From the NCBI GenBank assembly GCA_037444365.1, contig JBBIMO010000005.1:1082-65081 (forward strand): a DNA stretch of 64,000 nucleotides. Reading direction: 5' to 3'. This stretch comes from Chloroflexota bacterium (GTDB taxonomy: Bacteria; Chloroflexota; Dehalococcoidia; GIF9; AB-539-J10). Below are positions 9,417 through 18,285 of this stretch, piece after piece. The position numbers and the translations under genes are program-made. Every line of letters starts with the position of its first letter. Position 1 is the stretch's first letter. The notes beneath the pieces are model-generated. The model had not been told where the DNA came from and ran no database searches. It was given only the letters and a program-made list of their open reading frames with translations.

Positions 9417-11003
9417 TCAGATTCGCTTCTTTGTCAGGAGGGAGCGAATCACAAGGAAGATGATACCCCCCGCTACCGCGGCTATAGCAGCAATGAATGC
9501 CCAAAGGGGCAGAAGTCCAGCACGAAATGAACCGGCTGCTGTCCACCCGCCTTTGTTCTCAGCACCATCCACGGCTTGCACGATCCAGTAGTACGTGCCG
9601 TAAGGCAGGGCGTGTGCCGCCTCCAGCAAATGACCTGTTCCGACTATGCCCTCGACCGACACTGCGGGGCGGACGAATCCTCCGGTGGCGGTGACGACAG
9701 CACTGGTTGCTATTTGCAGGTTATAGCGCACTCCGCTCTCATCGGAGACCTCCGACCATTCAAACGTCGGTCTTACCTTGCCCACGAACCCCACCATGGC
9801 TCTGCTGGATGGTGAAATGAGCCGTGGTGTGTCCGGAGGGTCTGATTCCATGGTAAAGATGGCAGCCGCCTTGTTCCTGGCGGCATCCTCTGCCGTTATC
9901 TGACGGTCGCCATACTGGCTCCTGGGCACGACAAAACCTGTCACAAAGCTGCCCGTCGTGTTGGTTCTGGCTGTGGCTACCTGACTACCTTCGTACTTCA
10001 TGACCACGTCTCTGCTGGCGGCAAATCCGCGACCGGTGGCGGTCAGATTGGTGCCCACATGTCCTCCGTCAGGGAACAACACAATGCCAGGTTCTATCTT
10101 GAAGTTGAGTGCGCTGACGTCTTCTTCCCTGGTCTGCTCTCCCTGGGCGGTGACGGCATATGTGCCGGCCGTCATCTCGGGCACATCAAAGCTTCCCGTC
10201 CAGTCACCCTGAGAATCCGCCTGGATGCCTGCGGCTATTGCCTCTCCATTAAACAATATCCGGATGCCTCTCTCATAAGCCGCAAATCTGCTGCCCCTCA
10301 CTGTTATGCTTTCGCCGACAATGCCCGACAATCTATCCAGGCTTATCTCCGTCGTTACTTTGAAGGTGGCATCCTCGACATCCAGAAGCTTACTCCGGGC
10401 GCCCCTGGCGTCCAGCTTGTGTTCTCCTCTGGCGGACGAAGGAATTGTCACGGTCGTTTGCCAGCTGCCCTTCTCATTGGCCGTGATATTTCCCTGTATT
10501 GTTCTGTAACTGCCATCGAGGTAATACAGCACCTCGATGCCTGTTTCGTTGCAGGCGAAGCCCTGTCCTTTCACGGTAACCTCGGTGCCCACAGGGCCTT
10601 CCTCGGGACTTATCAGCAACCTCGGCTTCACGGTAAAGTGCGTCTCTCTTTCAACAGTCAGTATCTGGGAACGGACCACAACGAGCACTGTGTGGACTCC
10701 CTTACAGCTTTCAGGAATGGCGATAGTGATGGCGAAACTCCCGTTCATGTCGCTGTTCCCCGTGGCTATACTGGCGCCGTCATAATAGATGTCAACATGT
10801 GCGTTCTCGCGGAAATTTTGACCGTTGACGACGATATTTATTCCGGGGACTCCCGAATTGGGAGAGAGAGCAACAGCAGGGCAGGCCGCTTGTGCCGGCA
10901 CAGCCGGCAGGGCAATGCCCATAAGGCATCCGATAAGGATGATGACCAGCCCTGGCAGCAGTGTCCGCCCGGTATAGCCAAAGCCTTTTGCCGAATTGCT
11001 CAA
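9417..11003 (-). CDS. Membrane-anchored cell-surface protein with tandem Ig-like (IPT/TIG-type) domains and a C-terminal FN3-like domain
   Basis: It has a signal peptide, repeated ~85-aa beta-sandwich units (GxxVTVxGxGF motifs), an FN3-like segment (PTFEWSEV...YYWIVQAVD) and a C-terminal TM anchor plus KKRI. Confidence 0.55.
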   Translation of the reverse strand: MSNSAKGFGYTGRTLLPGLVIILIGCLMGIALPAVPAQAACPAVALSPNSGVPGINIVVNGQNFRENAHVDIYYDGASIATGNSDMNGSFAITIAIPESCKGVHTVLVVVRSQILTVERETHFTVKPRLLISPEEGPVGTEVTVKGQGFACNETGIEVLYYLDGSYRTIQGNITANEKGSWQTTVTIPSSARGEHKLDARGARSKLLDVEDATFKVTTEISLDRLSGIVGESITVRGSRFAAYERGIRILFNGEAIAAGIQADSQGDWTGSFDVPEMTAGTYAVTAQGEQTREEDVSALNFKIEPGIVLFPDGGHVGTNLTATGRGFAASRDVVMKYEGSQVATARTNTTGSFVTGFVVPRSQYGDRQITAEDAARNKAAAIFTMESDPPDTPRLISPSSRAMVGFVGKVRPTFEWSEVSDESGVRYNLQIATSAVVTATGGFVRPAVSVEGIVGTGHLLEAAHALPYGTYYWIVQAVDGAENKGGWTAAGSFRAGLLPLWAFIAAIAAVAGGIIFLVIRSLLTKKRI

Positions 11004-11121
11004 AGTTCTGCCTCTTTCAGTAGTCAGAAGCCCCGGTCACCAGTCCGCCTCTCCGAAGACCAGGAAACTCAAAGCCGACCGCTGATGGCTGAATGCTCAT
11101 GTTCGCTGTTGGCGTCTGTTA

Positions 11122-11952
11122 TTATGAGGCTGGTTTGGGCACGACCAGATACGTCCTGGTTTCATTTCCTTGTTGTCGTCCAGGTCCCACTACCGCCGTC
11201 ACCGTGAGGATAAGCCCCCTGGCGCTACTGAGGACGGCGTCTCCATCGCTATCTGTGGTTATGGCAGCGGTGACAGCCTTGTTTTCGGATGTCCAGCTGC
11301 CTCTGGTGTTTACACCTGTGGCACTAACCCTGACGGTGGCGCCGGGGGTGGTTATGTTCCAACTCCAGCCGCCCGAAACATTTTGACAGGTAGCACCCGA
11401 CGTCCAGTTGACCGAGATACTCCCACCAGTAACAGTTATTCTGCCGTAGTCGGATGTATTCCCACCGGTAATGGTGAACGCATCACCAGCATCCGGTAAC
11501 CCAAAGGCACTGCCGCCAACGACTCTACAACTGGTCCCAGTTCGGTTAATGGAGCCAAACACAGGAATCCTGGCAGTCCTCGTTAGATTCAAGGTCCAGT
11601 TGTTGTTAGACCAGACATAGTAGAGTCCTCTGAGGCCAGAGCCAGTCACGTTAAATACAACTCTATGCTTCTCACTCGTCTCGAAATCAATCCAGGTCAT
11701 GATAAGAGGGAAGCCTGAAACGCCGGTCATTGTCGTGTTCTGAGCCGCGTAACCGTAGAAGCTGATCCAATAGCCCGCCTCCTGCACCTGCCTGACAGCA
11801 ACCATGTGGTTGGAGCTGCGCGCGCTCCCGGTGAACGTCTGGAAGATGGCACCCGTGACGCTGGTGGTAATAATGGCGCTGATAGCAATAGCTACCAGCA
11901 ACTCCAGCAGGGTAAATCCCCCTTCACCTTTCTTTAGACTGCCTATCTTCAT
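11122..11952 (-). CDS. Minor (pseudo)pilin with prepilin-type N-terminus
   Basis: The N-terminus MKIGSLKKGEGG|FTLLELLVAIAISAII carries a class III signal. The 276-aa protein has a Thr/Gly/Ser-rich beta domain. Confidence 0.7.
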   Translation of the reverse strand: MKIGSLKKGEGGFTLLELLVAIAISAIITTSVTGAIFQTFTGSARSSNHMVAVRQVQEAGYWISFYGYAAQNTTMTGVSGFPLIMTWIDFETSEKHRVVFNVTGSGLRGLYYVWSNNNWTLNLTRTARIPVFGSINRTGTSCRVVGGSAFGLPDAGDAFTITGGNTSDYGRITVTGGSISVNWTSGATCQNVSGGWSWNITTPGATVRVSATGVNTRGSWTSENKAVTAAITTDSDGDAVLSSARGLILTVTAVVGPGRQQGNETRTYLVVPKPAS

Positions 11953-12135
11953 TGACGTTTACGGTTCAGATGCAGCTCTTACAGAAACTCCAAATCCCAG
12001 GCTCCAAATCTCAAGTGAATTCCAGGTTCCAAATCACAACCTTCGGTGCGGTTTTCCGGAATTGGAGTATTGCAATTTGCTTTGGGTCTGTAATCTGTGA
12101 TTTGAGATTTCATCTTTGAAGTCCACTCCCCTCTG

Positions 12136-12696
12136 TCACCGGTTTACCTTATAGCCCTCCAACGTGATGTTTACGCCGTAAGCCCAGTTGGGATTTCTGT
12201 TAGTAAACATAGCTATTGTCTTGGTTTGGTTTGTCGAATCCGTGTGCCTGATCACCAGAGATATCTTCTGAAGGCCAGTATCATTGTTCGCTGGCCTGTT
12301 ATTCCAGCTATCCCAGGGTATACCCACTACACTGGCAACAACCGTACCGTTACGGTTGACGCTCCAAATGGAGTAACCCCGAGGGATGGTGCCAATTTTC
12401 TTATACATAGTCTCATTCTGCCCGGTGCTGTTGTAACTCTGACCTTTGACATACTCCATTTGCATTCTGGCCAGGCTTTCGGCAGTGGTGCGCTCATCGC
12501 CCAGGGAGACAGTCCTTGACGCAGTAGATAGACCGCCCAGAATGCCCACACTGACTATGCCCATAAGGGCTATGGCTATCAGTACTTCAATCAGAGTAAG
12601 GCCCCGGGAGGCGCCTTGACAGGCTTTCCTTACCCTGCTGGTCAGCCATACCATCTTCATTCTCCTGCACACTCTGAAATGAAATCCCTCAGGCAC
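12136..12696 (-). CDS. Minor pilin with prepilin-type N-terminus
   Basis: It has the motif ...QGASRG|LTLIEVLIAIALMGIVSV. The true start is probably the internal MKMVWL. It overlaps the pilC stop by 8 nt. Confidence 0.65.
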   Translation of the reverse strand: MPEGFHFRVCRRMKMVWLTSRVRKACQGASRGLTLIEVLIAIALMGIVSVGILGGLSTASRTVSLGDERTTAESLARMQMEYVKGQSYNSTGQNETMYKKIGTIPRGYSIWSVNRNGTVVASVVGIPWDSWNNRPANNDTGLQKISLVIRHTDSTNQTKTIAMFTNRNPNWAYGVNITLEGYKVNR

Positions 12697-13903
12697 CTAC
12701 CTGACGATAGATGGAATACATAGCCTGCAACATCGCCATGACAATGAAAGCAACCACCAGGCCCAGAACCACCGTTATCACCGGCTGGATAAGAGCCACA
12801 GCCGACCCGGTCTTGTCATTGGCGTCCGCTTCAAAACTATCAGCTACGGTATTCAGGGTGTTCTCGAGGTTACCGGTTTCTTCGCCAACCTTCACCATTT
12901 GGGTCATCATAGGCAGGAAAACGTGCCTTCTTTCCATAGGCTTCGACAGGCCTTCGCCTCTGATCAATTCCTGCTGGACATCGGTCAGGCTCTCATGCAT
13001 GATTGCATTTGTGCTGCTGTGAATGGTCACGGCGAGGACCTCCGGGAGGGGTAAGCCGACCTTGATCAACAGCGCCATAGTCCGGCAGCACCGGGAAAGC
13101 TCATCAAGCTGGAGAATACGCCCGATCACAGGCAAGCCAAGCATGATTTTGTCCCTGCGGTATTTCCCGGCGGGGGTTCTGATGTAGAGATAGATTGCGG
13201 CAACAGCAATCAGAAGCACAAGCAGAAGATACGGACCATACTGTCGCAGAAAATCAGTCATGGCCATAATGATCCTTGGACCCGCGGGTAGCTGAGCTCC
13301 GAGTTGAGCATAGAAGCCGATGAAGGTAGGGAAGACTCTGGTAACCAGTATCGCTATGACAAAAATCGCTACCACAACCACCATAATGGGATAGACCAGG
13401 GCACTCTTTATCTTCTTGGAGGTGACTACTCCTTTCTCCATGTAATCGGCCATTTGCCTGAGCACCACCTCCAGATTACCGCCCTGCTCACCGGCGGATA
13501 TTGCCCGGTAGTACATAGAAGAGAAGGCTTGAGGGTGTTTGCTCAAAGCATTTGACAGCGAACTACCACCGCGGATATCCGCGGCTATCTGAGTGATCAT
13601 TTTTTGCAGATTCTGATTAGTTATCTGTTCTTTCAACAAATCTAAAGATGTAACAATGTCGGTTCCGGATTCCAGGAGCAAAGCTAGCTGGCGGGAAAAC
13701 ATGACTATCTCTGTCGACTTTGTCCGGGCAAAGCGGCTCCGCAGTCTTTCTCTATCAAACCAGGGACGAACCAACCTAAGGCTGAACACCCGATAACCGC
13801 CATAGCTCAACAGCTCGGTCGCTGCCTCTTCACTGACAGCCGATACCTTCCCCCTGATCAGTTTTCTCCCTTCTTCAGCATAAGCTACATAAGCAAAGTC
13901 CAT
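12689..13903 (-). CDS. pilC: Type IV pilus platform protein PilC (GspF family)
   Basis: It has two T2SS-F repeats and three TM segments, with a typical size of 404 aa. Confidence 0.85.
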   Translation of the reverse strand: MDFAYVAYAEEGRKLIRGKVSAVSEEAATELLSYGGYRVFSLRLVRPWFDRERLRSRFARTKSTEIVMFSRQLALLLESGTDIVTSLDLLKEQITNQNLQKMITQIAADIRGGSSLSNALSKHPQAFSSMYYRAISAGEQGGNLEVVLRQMADYMEKGVVTSKKIKSALVYPIMVVVVAIFVIAILVTRVFPTFIGFYAQLGAQLPAGPRIIMAMTDFLRQYGPYLLLVLLIAVAAIYLYIRTPAGKYRRDKIMLGLPVIGRILQLDELSRCCRTMALLIKVGLPLPEVLAVTIHSSTNAIMHESLTDVQQELIRGEGLSKPMERRHVFLPMMTQMVKVGEETGNLENTLNTVADSFEADANDKTGSAVALIQPVITVVLGLVVAFIVMAMLQAMYSIYRQVGA

Positions 13904-13920
13904 TTACGACCTCCAGACAG

Positions 13921-16290
13921 CTAAGCTGCAATATAGGCATTGCGCAGCACTTCAAAAGGAGTAGTAGTACCTTCCTTCGCCTTGCGCATACCGTCATGCG
14001 CCATAGATACCATACCCTCCTTGATTGCCTCAGCCCGAATATCAGTACTGCTGGCTCGTTCGCCGACCATCGCCCTTATGGGGTCGCTCATAGCCAGGAT
14101 TTCAAAGATTCCCGTCCGCCCCAGGTAGCCGGTATAGCTGCAGGATTTACAGCCGGTACCGTAGATGAACTTGGCCTGCTTCTCCCCCATTACCTTCTCA
14201 TAAGCCATCTGCTCCACGAGGGGAGCTTCAATGAGGTGACCGCAATCGGGGCAGACACGGCGCACCATTCGTTGAGCGACAACACCGATAACCGCTGAGG
14301 CTATCAAGAACGGCTCTATCTTCAGGTCAAGGAGACGGGAGAGCACACCAGCAACTTCATTGGCATGGATAGAAGACAGCATCAGGTGCCCGGTTAAGGC
14401 TGCCTGGACAGCTATGTTAGCCGTTTCGGCATCGCGTATCTCACCAACCAATATGACATCAGGGTCAAGACGAAGTATAGACCTCAAGCCGCTGGCAAAG
14501 GTAATGCCCGCCTGGTTATTAACCTGAATCTGATTAATATCCCTGAACCGGTATTCGGCAGGGTCTTCGATGGTAATGACGTTGCTGCCCTGAGTGTCAA
14601 GGGAGCTTATGGAGGCGTACAGCGTGGTAGTTTTGCCGGCTCCAGTAGGACCGCTTATCAGGATCATGCCGTAGGGAACCTTGAGCATACTTTCGTACTT
14701 TGCCAGGGTATCAGGTAGCATGCCAAGCTGTGCTAACCCCAGAGCGGCCCTTGACTTATCCAGAAGCCGCAGGACTGCCGTCTCGCCCCAAACAGTGGGA
14801 GCGGTGGCAACTCTGACATCAATCTGTCTCCCTTTAGCGTCGACGGAGAACTGCCCGTCTTGAGGACGGAAGTGGTCAGCAATATTCATTTCAGCCAGGA
14901 TTTTGATGCGTGAAATAAGTGCCCTGTGTATGGTTGTAGGCAGAGACATCGTATCTTGAAGAGTGCCATCTATACGGTAACGTATTCGTAATCTATCCTC
15001 TTCCGGTTCGATATGAATGTCAGATGCGCGGGCTTTGACTGCTTCTTCGATCAGAAGGTTAAGGGCTTGAACCAGAGGAGTATCGGTGGTAACCCTGATA
15101 GCAAGCTTCTCATCGGTTTCTTCAACCGGGATGGAGATGCTGGAGACGTGCTTTTCAATCTCCCCAAACCCCTTGTAGTTGAAGTCAATGGCGTCCCTGA
15201 CTTCCTCGGCAGTGGCGGCTCTAGCCTTAATCCTCATTCGGCTATGGGCAGAAAGAGCCTCCAGGGCGAAGATATCAGTCGGGTCTGCCATAGCTACTTC
15301 CAGCGTCTTACCGGATATTGTCAGGGGTATGACGTTGTATTTCCTGGCCATCACCTCGGGAATCAATTGCAGTGCCTCAGGCTGCGGCATCTGCCTGAGT
15401 AGCTTGGCGTGAGCCTTATCTACCTTGACCGGCTTCCCTGCCGCCCGGGCGGGCAGTTCCTCAGCCCCAGCTCCAGAAACCGGCTTTGGACTCAATCTAA
15501 GGACTTTTATCTGCTGATGCTGGGCAAATTGCTGTGCTTCAGGACTGAGGGCCGCCTTGACCATAATGACCTTTTCATCAACACCAACCTCGTAAGCTTT
15601 GGTGTCAAAGAGCATTATCTGTTCCAGGCCCAGTTCCTTGTCACCATCGAACAAATCTATAGCCACCCTGCGCTGCACTTCACCGATCTCAGCATAAGCC
15701 AGTATATCAAAGGTATATTCAAGCCCTGACCGGCCTTTGAGCTTGGGGCTTTCCTTTATTCGGTAGCCGCGGTCGATTAGAGACCTGATTAGTCCTTCCT
15801 TTGTCTCCAGCCTGAGGGGTTCCTCGGTCTTGGCTGGCTGCGCAGGCTTTCCGGCCACCAGTTGCCCGATCTGCTCCCCACCAATGACCTTTATTCTCTG
15901 CTTGCGAGCCAGCTGTTTCGCCTCTTGACTGATATCGGGGACGGCAACCAGAATCCTGTCAAGGATGCCACAGTCATAGGCTTTGTTGGCCAGACTGAAG
16001 ATGGTGCCCACCTCTATCTCACGATCGCCGCCAGATGCAATGCCGATAGCAATAGTATAGCTGGTGAAACCGTCGTCTCTCTGAGCCAGCATCTCGAAGG
16101 TATGCTCAATTCCTGAGTTTCCCAGGCGTTTGGCACCTTCGGTTACGGCATACCCCTGCTGTTCCAGGTACGCCCTAATCTGTGCCCTCAGCTGTGAACT
16201 GATCTCCATGTCAGGCTTCTCCCCCTCCGCTTTGTGCAACTCGGGCACAGTGTAATTCGCCAACTGGCTGAAGTCAATGTTCTTGCTCAT
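13921..16290 (-). CDS. pilB: PilB/GspE-family assembly ATPase with an unusual N-terminal extension of two tandem ~125-aa domains
   Basis: It contains a GSPII-E N-domain and Walker A (SGPTGAGKTTT), Asp box, Walker B, His box and a tetracysteine (CPDCG...CKSC). Residues 1-270 are two repeats homologous to ORF 2-550. Confidence 0.85.
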   Translation of the reverse strand: MSKNIDFSQLANYTVPELHKAEGEKPDMEISSQLRAQIRAYLEQQGYAVTEGAKRLGNSGIEHTFEMLAQRDDGFTSYTIAIGIASGGDREIEVGTIFSLANKAYDCGILDRILVAVPDISQEAKQLARKQRIKVIGGEQIGQLVAGKPAQPAKTEEPLRLETKEGLIRSLIDRGYRIKESPKLKGRSGLEYTFDILAYAEIGEVQRRVAIDLFDGDKELGLEQIMLFDTKAYEVGVDEKVIMVKAALSPEAQQFAQHQQIKVLRLSPKPVSGAGAEELPARAAGKPVKVDKAHAKLLRQMPQPEALQLIPEVMARKYNVIPLTISGKTLEVAMADPTDIFALEALSAHSRMRIKARAATAEEVRDAIDFNYKGFGEIEKHVSSISIPVEETDEKLAIRVTTDTPLVQALNLLIEEAVKARASDIHIEPEEDRLRIRYRIDGTLQDTMSLPTTIHRALISRIKILAEMNIADHFRPQDGQFSVDAKGRQIDVRVATAPTVWGETAVLRLLDKSRAALGLAQLGMLPDTLAKYESMLKVPYGMILISGPTGAGKTTTLYASISSLDTQGSNVITIEDPAEYRFRDINQIQVNNQAGITFASGLRSILRLDPDVILVGEIRDAETANIAVQAALTGHLMLSSIHANEVAGVLSRLLDLKIEPFLIASAVIGVVAQRMVRRVCPDCGHLIEAPLVEQMAYEKVMGEKQAKFIYGTGCKSCSYTGYLGRTGIFEILAMSDPIRAMVGERASSTDIRAEAIKEGMVSMAHDGMRKAKEGTTTPFEVLRNAYIAA

Positions 16291-16529
16291 GCCTTACCTC
16301 TGGGCAATCAAAGCGTAACAATCTGCTCCTCTTACAATCTAAATACAATTTATCATATACAACTTGTTTGTCAATAGAACTTTTGGGGGGGGTGCCGTCA
16401 GGCGGCAGGCATCAGACGCCGGCACCCAATATTCAGGAGACTGGTTCCCGACACACAAGAGAATCGAAGGGCGACCGCCGACGGCTGAACGGTTATGCTA
16501 TGCCTGGGGATTTGGTGCCGAAGCGGCGT

Positions 16530-17234
16530 TCAGACCTCGTCAAGGTCTTCCGTCGCCCTTCGCGGCTTTGCGTCCGGTGAAATCCAACCGCCGCGCAGGG
16601 CTAAGGTGACAGCGTGGGCTCTATCGTTAGCATTTAGCTTACGGAGGATAGCGCTGACATGATTCTTGATTGTCTGTTCGCTGATTGACAGTATGCGGGC
16701 AATTTCCTTGTTCGAGTTGCCTTCAGCAACGTAGGTCAGAATCTGCGTTTCCCTTTTGGTAAGGGGGGCAGCCACGCCTTCCATGGTTCTGGTAAAACCG
16801 CGAAATTGGTTCAGCACTTGCTTGGCGACCTTGGGCCTGGTCATCAGGCTTTCGTTGATGGGATATTCACCGCTGTGGGCTCGTCTTATGGTGTTTGCCA
16901 GCTCATCAGCACTGGCTTTCTTGCTTAAGCAGCCGGCGGCAGCGGTCTTGATGACTTGAAAAAGCTCTTCATCACTAGGGTCAGGGCTGAGCACTATCAC
17001 CTTGGTATTGGGGAAGTATTGGGAAATCCTTCTGCCCAGGTCAATTCCGCTGAGGCTGGTCAGGTCGGAGCCAAGCAGAGCTACATCAGGAAGACTAGCT
17101 TCAATTGTCTCCAGCGCATTCTGAGCGGGATCGCATTCCAGTACCTCCAGGTCCGCCTGTCGGGATAGCGCCTGGCGCACGCCAGCCCTGAAAATGGCTT
17201 GTTCATCAATTATCATAACCTTGATCTTATCCAT
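16530..17234 (-). CDS. NarL/LuxR-family response regulator (REC + HTH)
   Basis: The N-terminal REC domain has a D-D-K pattern (MIIDEQ...LLGSDL). The C-terminal HTH is LuxR-type (EQTIKNHVSAILRKL). Confidence 0.8.
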   Translation of the reverse strand: MDKIKVMIIDEQAIFRAGVRQALSRQADLEVLECDPAQNALETIEASLPDVALLGSDLTSLSGIDLGRRISQYFPNTKVIVLSPDPSDEELFQVIKTAAAGCLSKKASADELANTIRRAHSGEYPINESLMTRPKVAKQVLNQFRGFTRTMEGVAAPLTKRETQILTYVAEGNSNKEIARILSISEQTIKNHVSAILRKLNANDRAHAVTLALRGGWISPDAKPRRATEDLDEV

Positions 17235-17430
17235 CGCTAACCTCCAAACGAGACTTCACACCCATAATTTCCTGATTGCCAGGATTCAGCTCCATTAGTT
17301 TATCCTACAAGGTATCCCCTTCTGTGTCAATATTACATCTTACACTGTCCAGCATATGGGAGCCTTGACAAGCGTCGCTGAGGTAGTATAATGGTAATAG
17401 GTAGAAAGTACCAAAGAGCGGAGCAGGATA

Positions 17431-17721
17431 ATGAATCGCCGAAGGTCTAACATAGAGATCATAGCTGATATGCTCCGGGTGGGCGAAAACGGCGCGGGAA
17501 AAACGGAGATTATGTACAGCGCCAACATGAGCTATGCTCAAATACAGAAGTATCTCGGCTTTCTCCTGAGTCACGGGTTCATCAACAAGGTAAAGGTGGG
17601 AAATCCATCAGTCACCTATCAAGTAACCGAAAAGGGAGGAGAGCTACTCAGAAACATTAACAGCATAGTAGAAATACTCGAGTTCCGAAACGGCAATGGC
17701 CACAATGGCAATGGAGCTTGA
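17431..17721 (+). CDS. Small winged-helix DNA-binding protein (HTH_45-like)
   Basis: It is 96 aa with IEIIADMLRV...GAGKTEIMYSANMSYAQIQKYLGFLLSHGFINK...YQVTEKG. Confidence 0.5.
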   Translation: MNRRRSNIEIIADMLRVGENGAGKTEIMYSANMSYAQIQKYLGFLLSHGFINKVKVGNPSVTYQVTEKGGELLRNINSIVEILEFRNGNGHNGNGA

Positions 17722-17821
17722 GTATTGAGTGTTGTGGAGTTGCAGAGGGGTGCCTAATAGCATGAGGTCACCCCTTATTTAACGCCTAAAACAGGAGGAG
17801 TCATTATGATAGGAGCAGTCT

Positions 17822-18148
17822 ATGTCTGAGAAGAGAATGCTAATAGTAGATGCCGAGCTGGTGAAAAGGATAGACGACAACCGCGGCGACTTGGGGCGGT
17901 CTGAGTTTGTCAACTTCCTTATTGATAGTGCTCTGAAGCAGAAGGAAGAGGGCAAGAAGCAAGGCGGTGTAACCCGAGAGGAATTTCACCAGTTTCAGGA
18001 AGGCACAAAAGAGCTACTGCGCAATTTCCTGGAGTTCTTTATCAGCTACGGGTTGGAGTTAGGCAAGCAGCCCAGCGATAATGAATTCGAGCAGTTGGCT
18101 CGGAAACTGCAAAGTCTCGACAGCTCCACAAAGGGCAAAAGCTCCTAA
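17822..18148 (+). CDS. Ribbon-helix-helix (CopG/Arc-like) protein
   Basis: The N-terminal beta-strand plus helix reads LIVDAELVKRIDDNRGDLGRSEFVNFLIDSAL. Confidence 0.45.
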   Translation: MSEKRMLIVDAELVKRIDDNRGDLGRSEFVNFLIDSALKQKEEGKKQGGVTREEFHQFQEGTKELLRNFLEFFISYGLELGKQPSDNEFEQLARKLQSLDSSTKGKSS

Positions 18149-18285
18149 TCTCCTCACATTTTCCCAGGGCCTCAGGCCCTTCACAGCTTCAAATAGAACT
18201 ATCTTCTAGAAGATAATCTCTTCCCAAGCTATCCGGCTATTGTCATACTGTCATCACTGTAGCTGTTTCCCCGCTGTCATGCGCC

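Noticed and set aside
10059-11207. A 382-aa plus-strand ORF lies opposite the Ig/FN3 surface protein gene. Similar antisense ORFs are 6781-7278 opposite the giant PilX-N protein gene, and 27550-28155 and 28358-28822 opposite ribBA and ribE.
   Set aside because: These are antisense shadows of well-supported minus-strand genes with strong family signatures. They have Arg/Ser/Cys-rich composition and no RBS.
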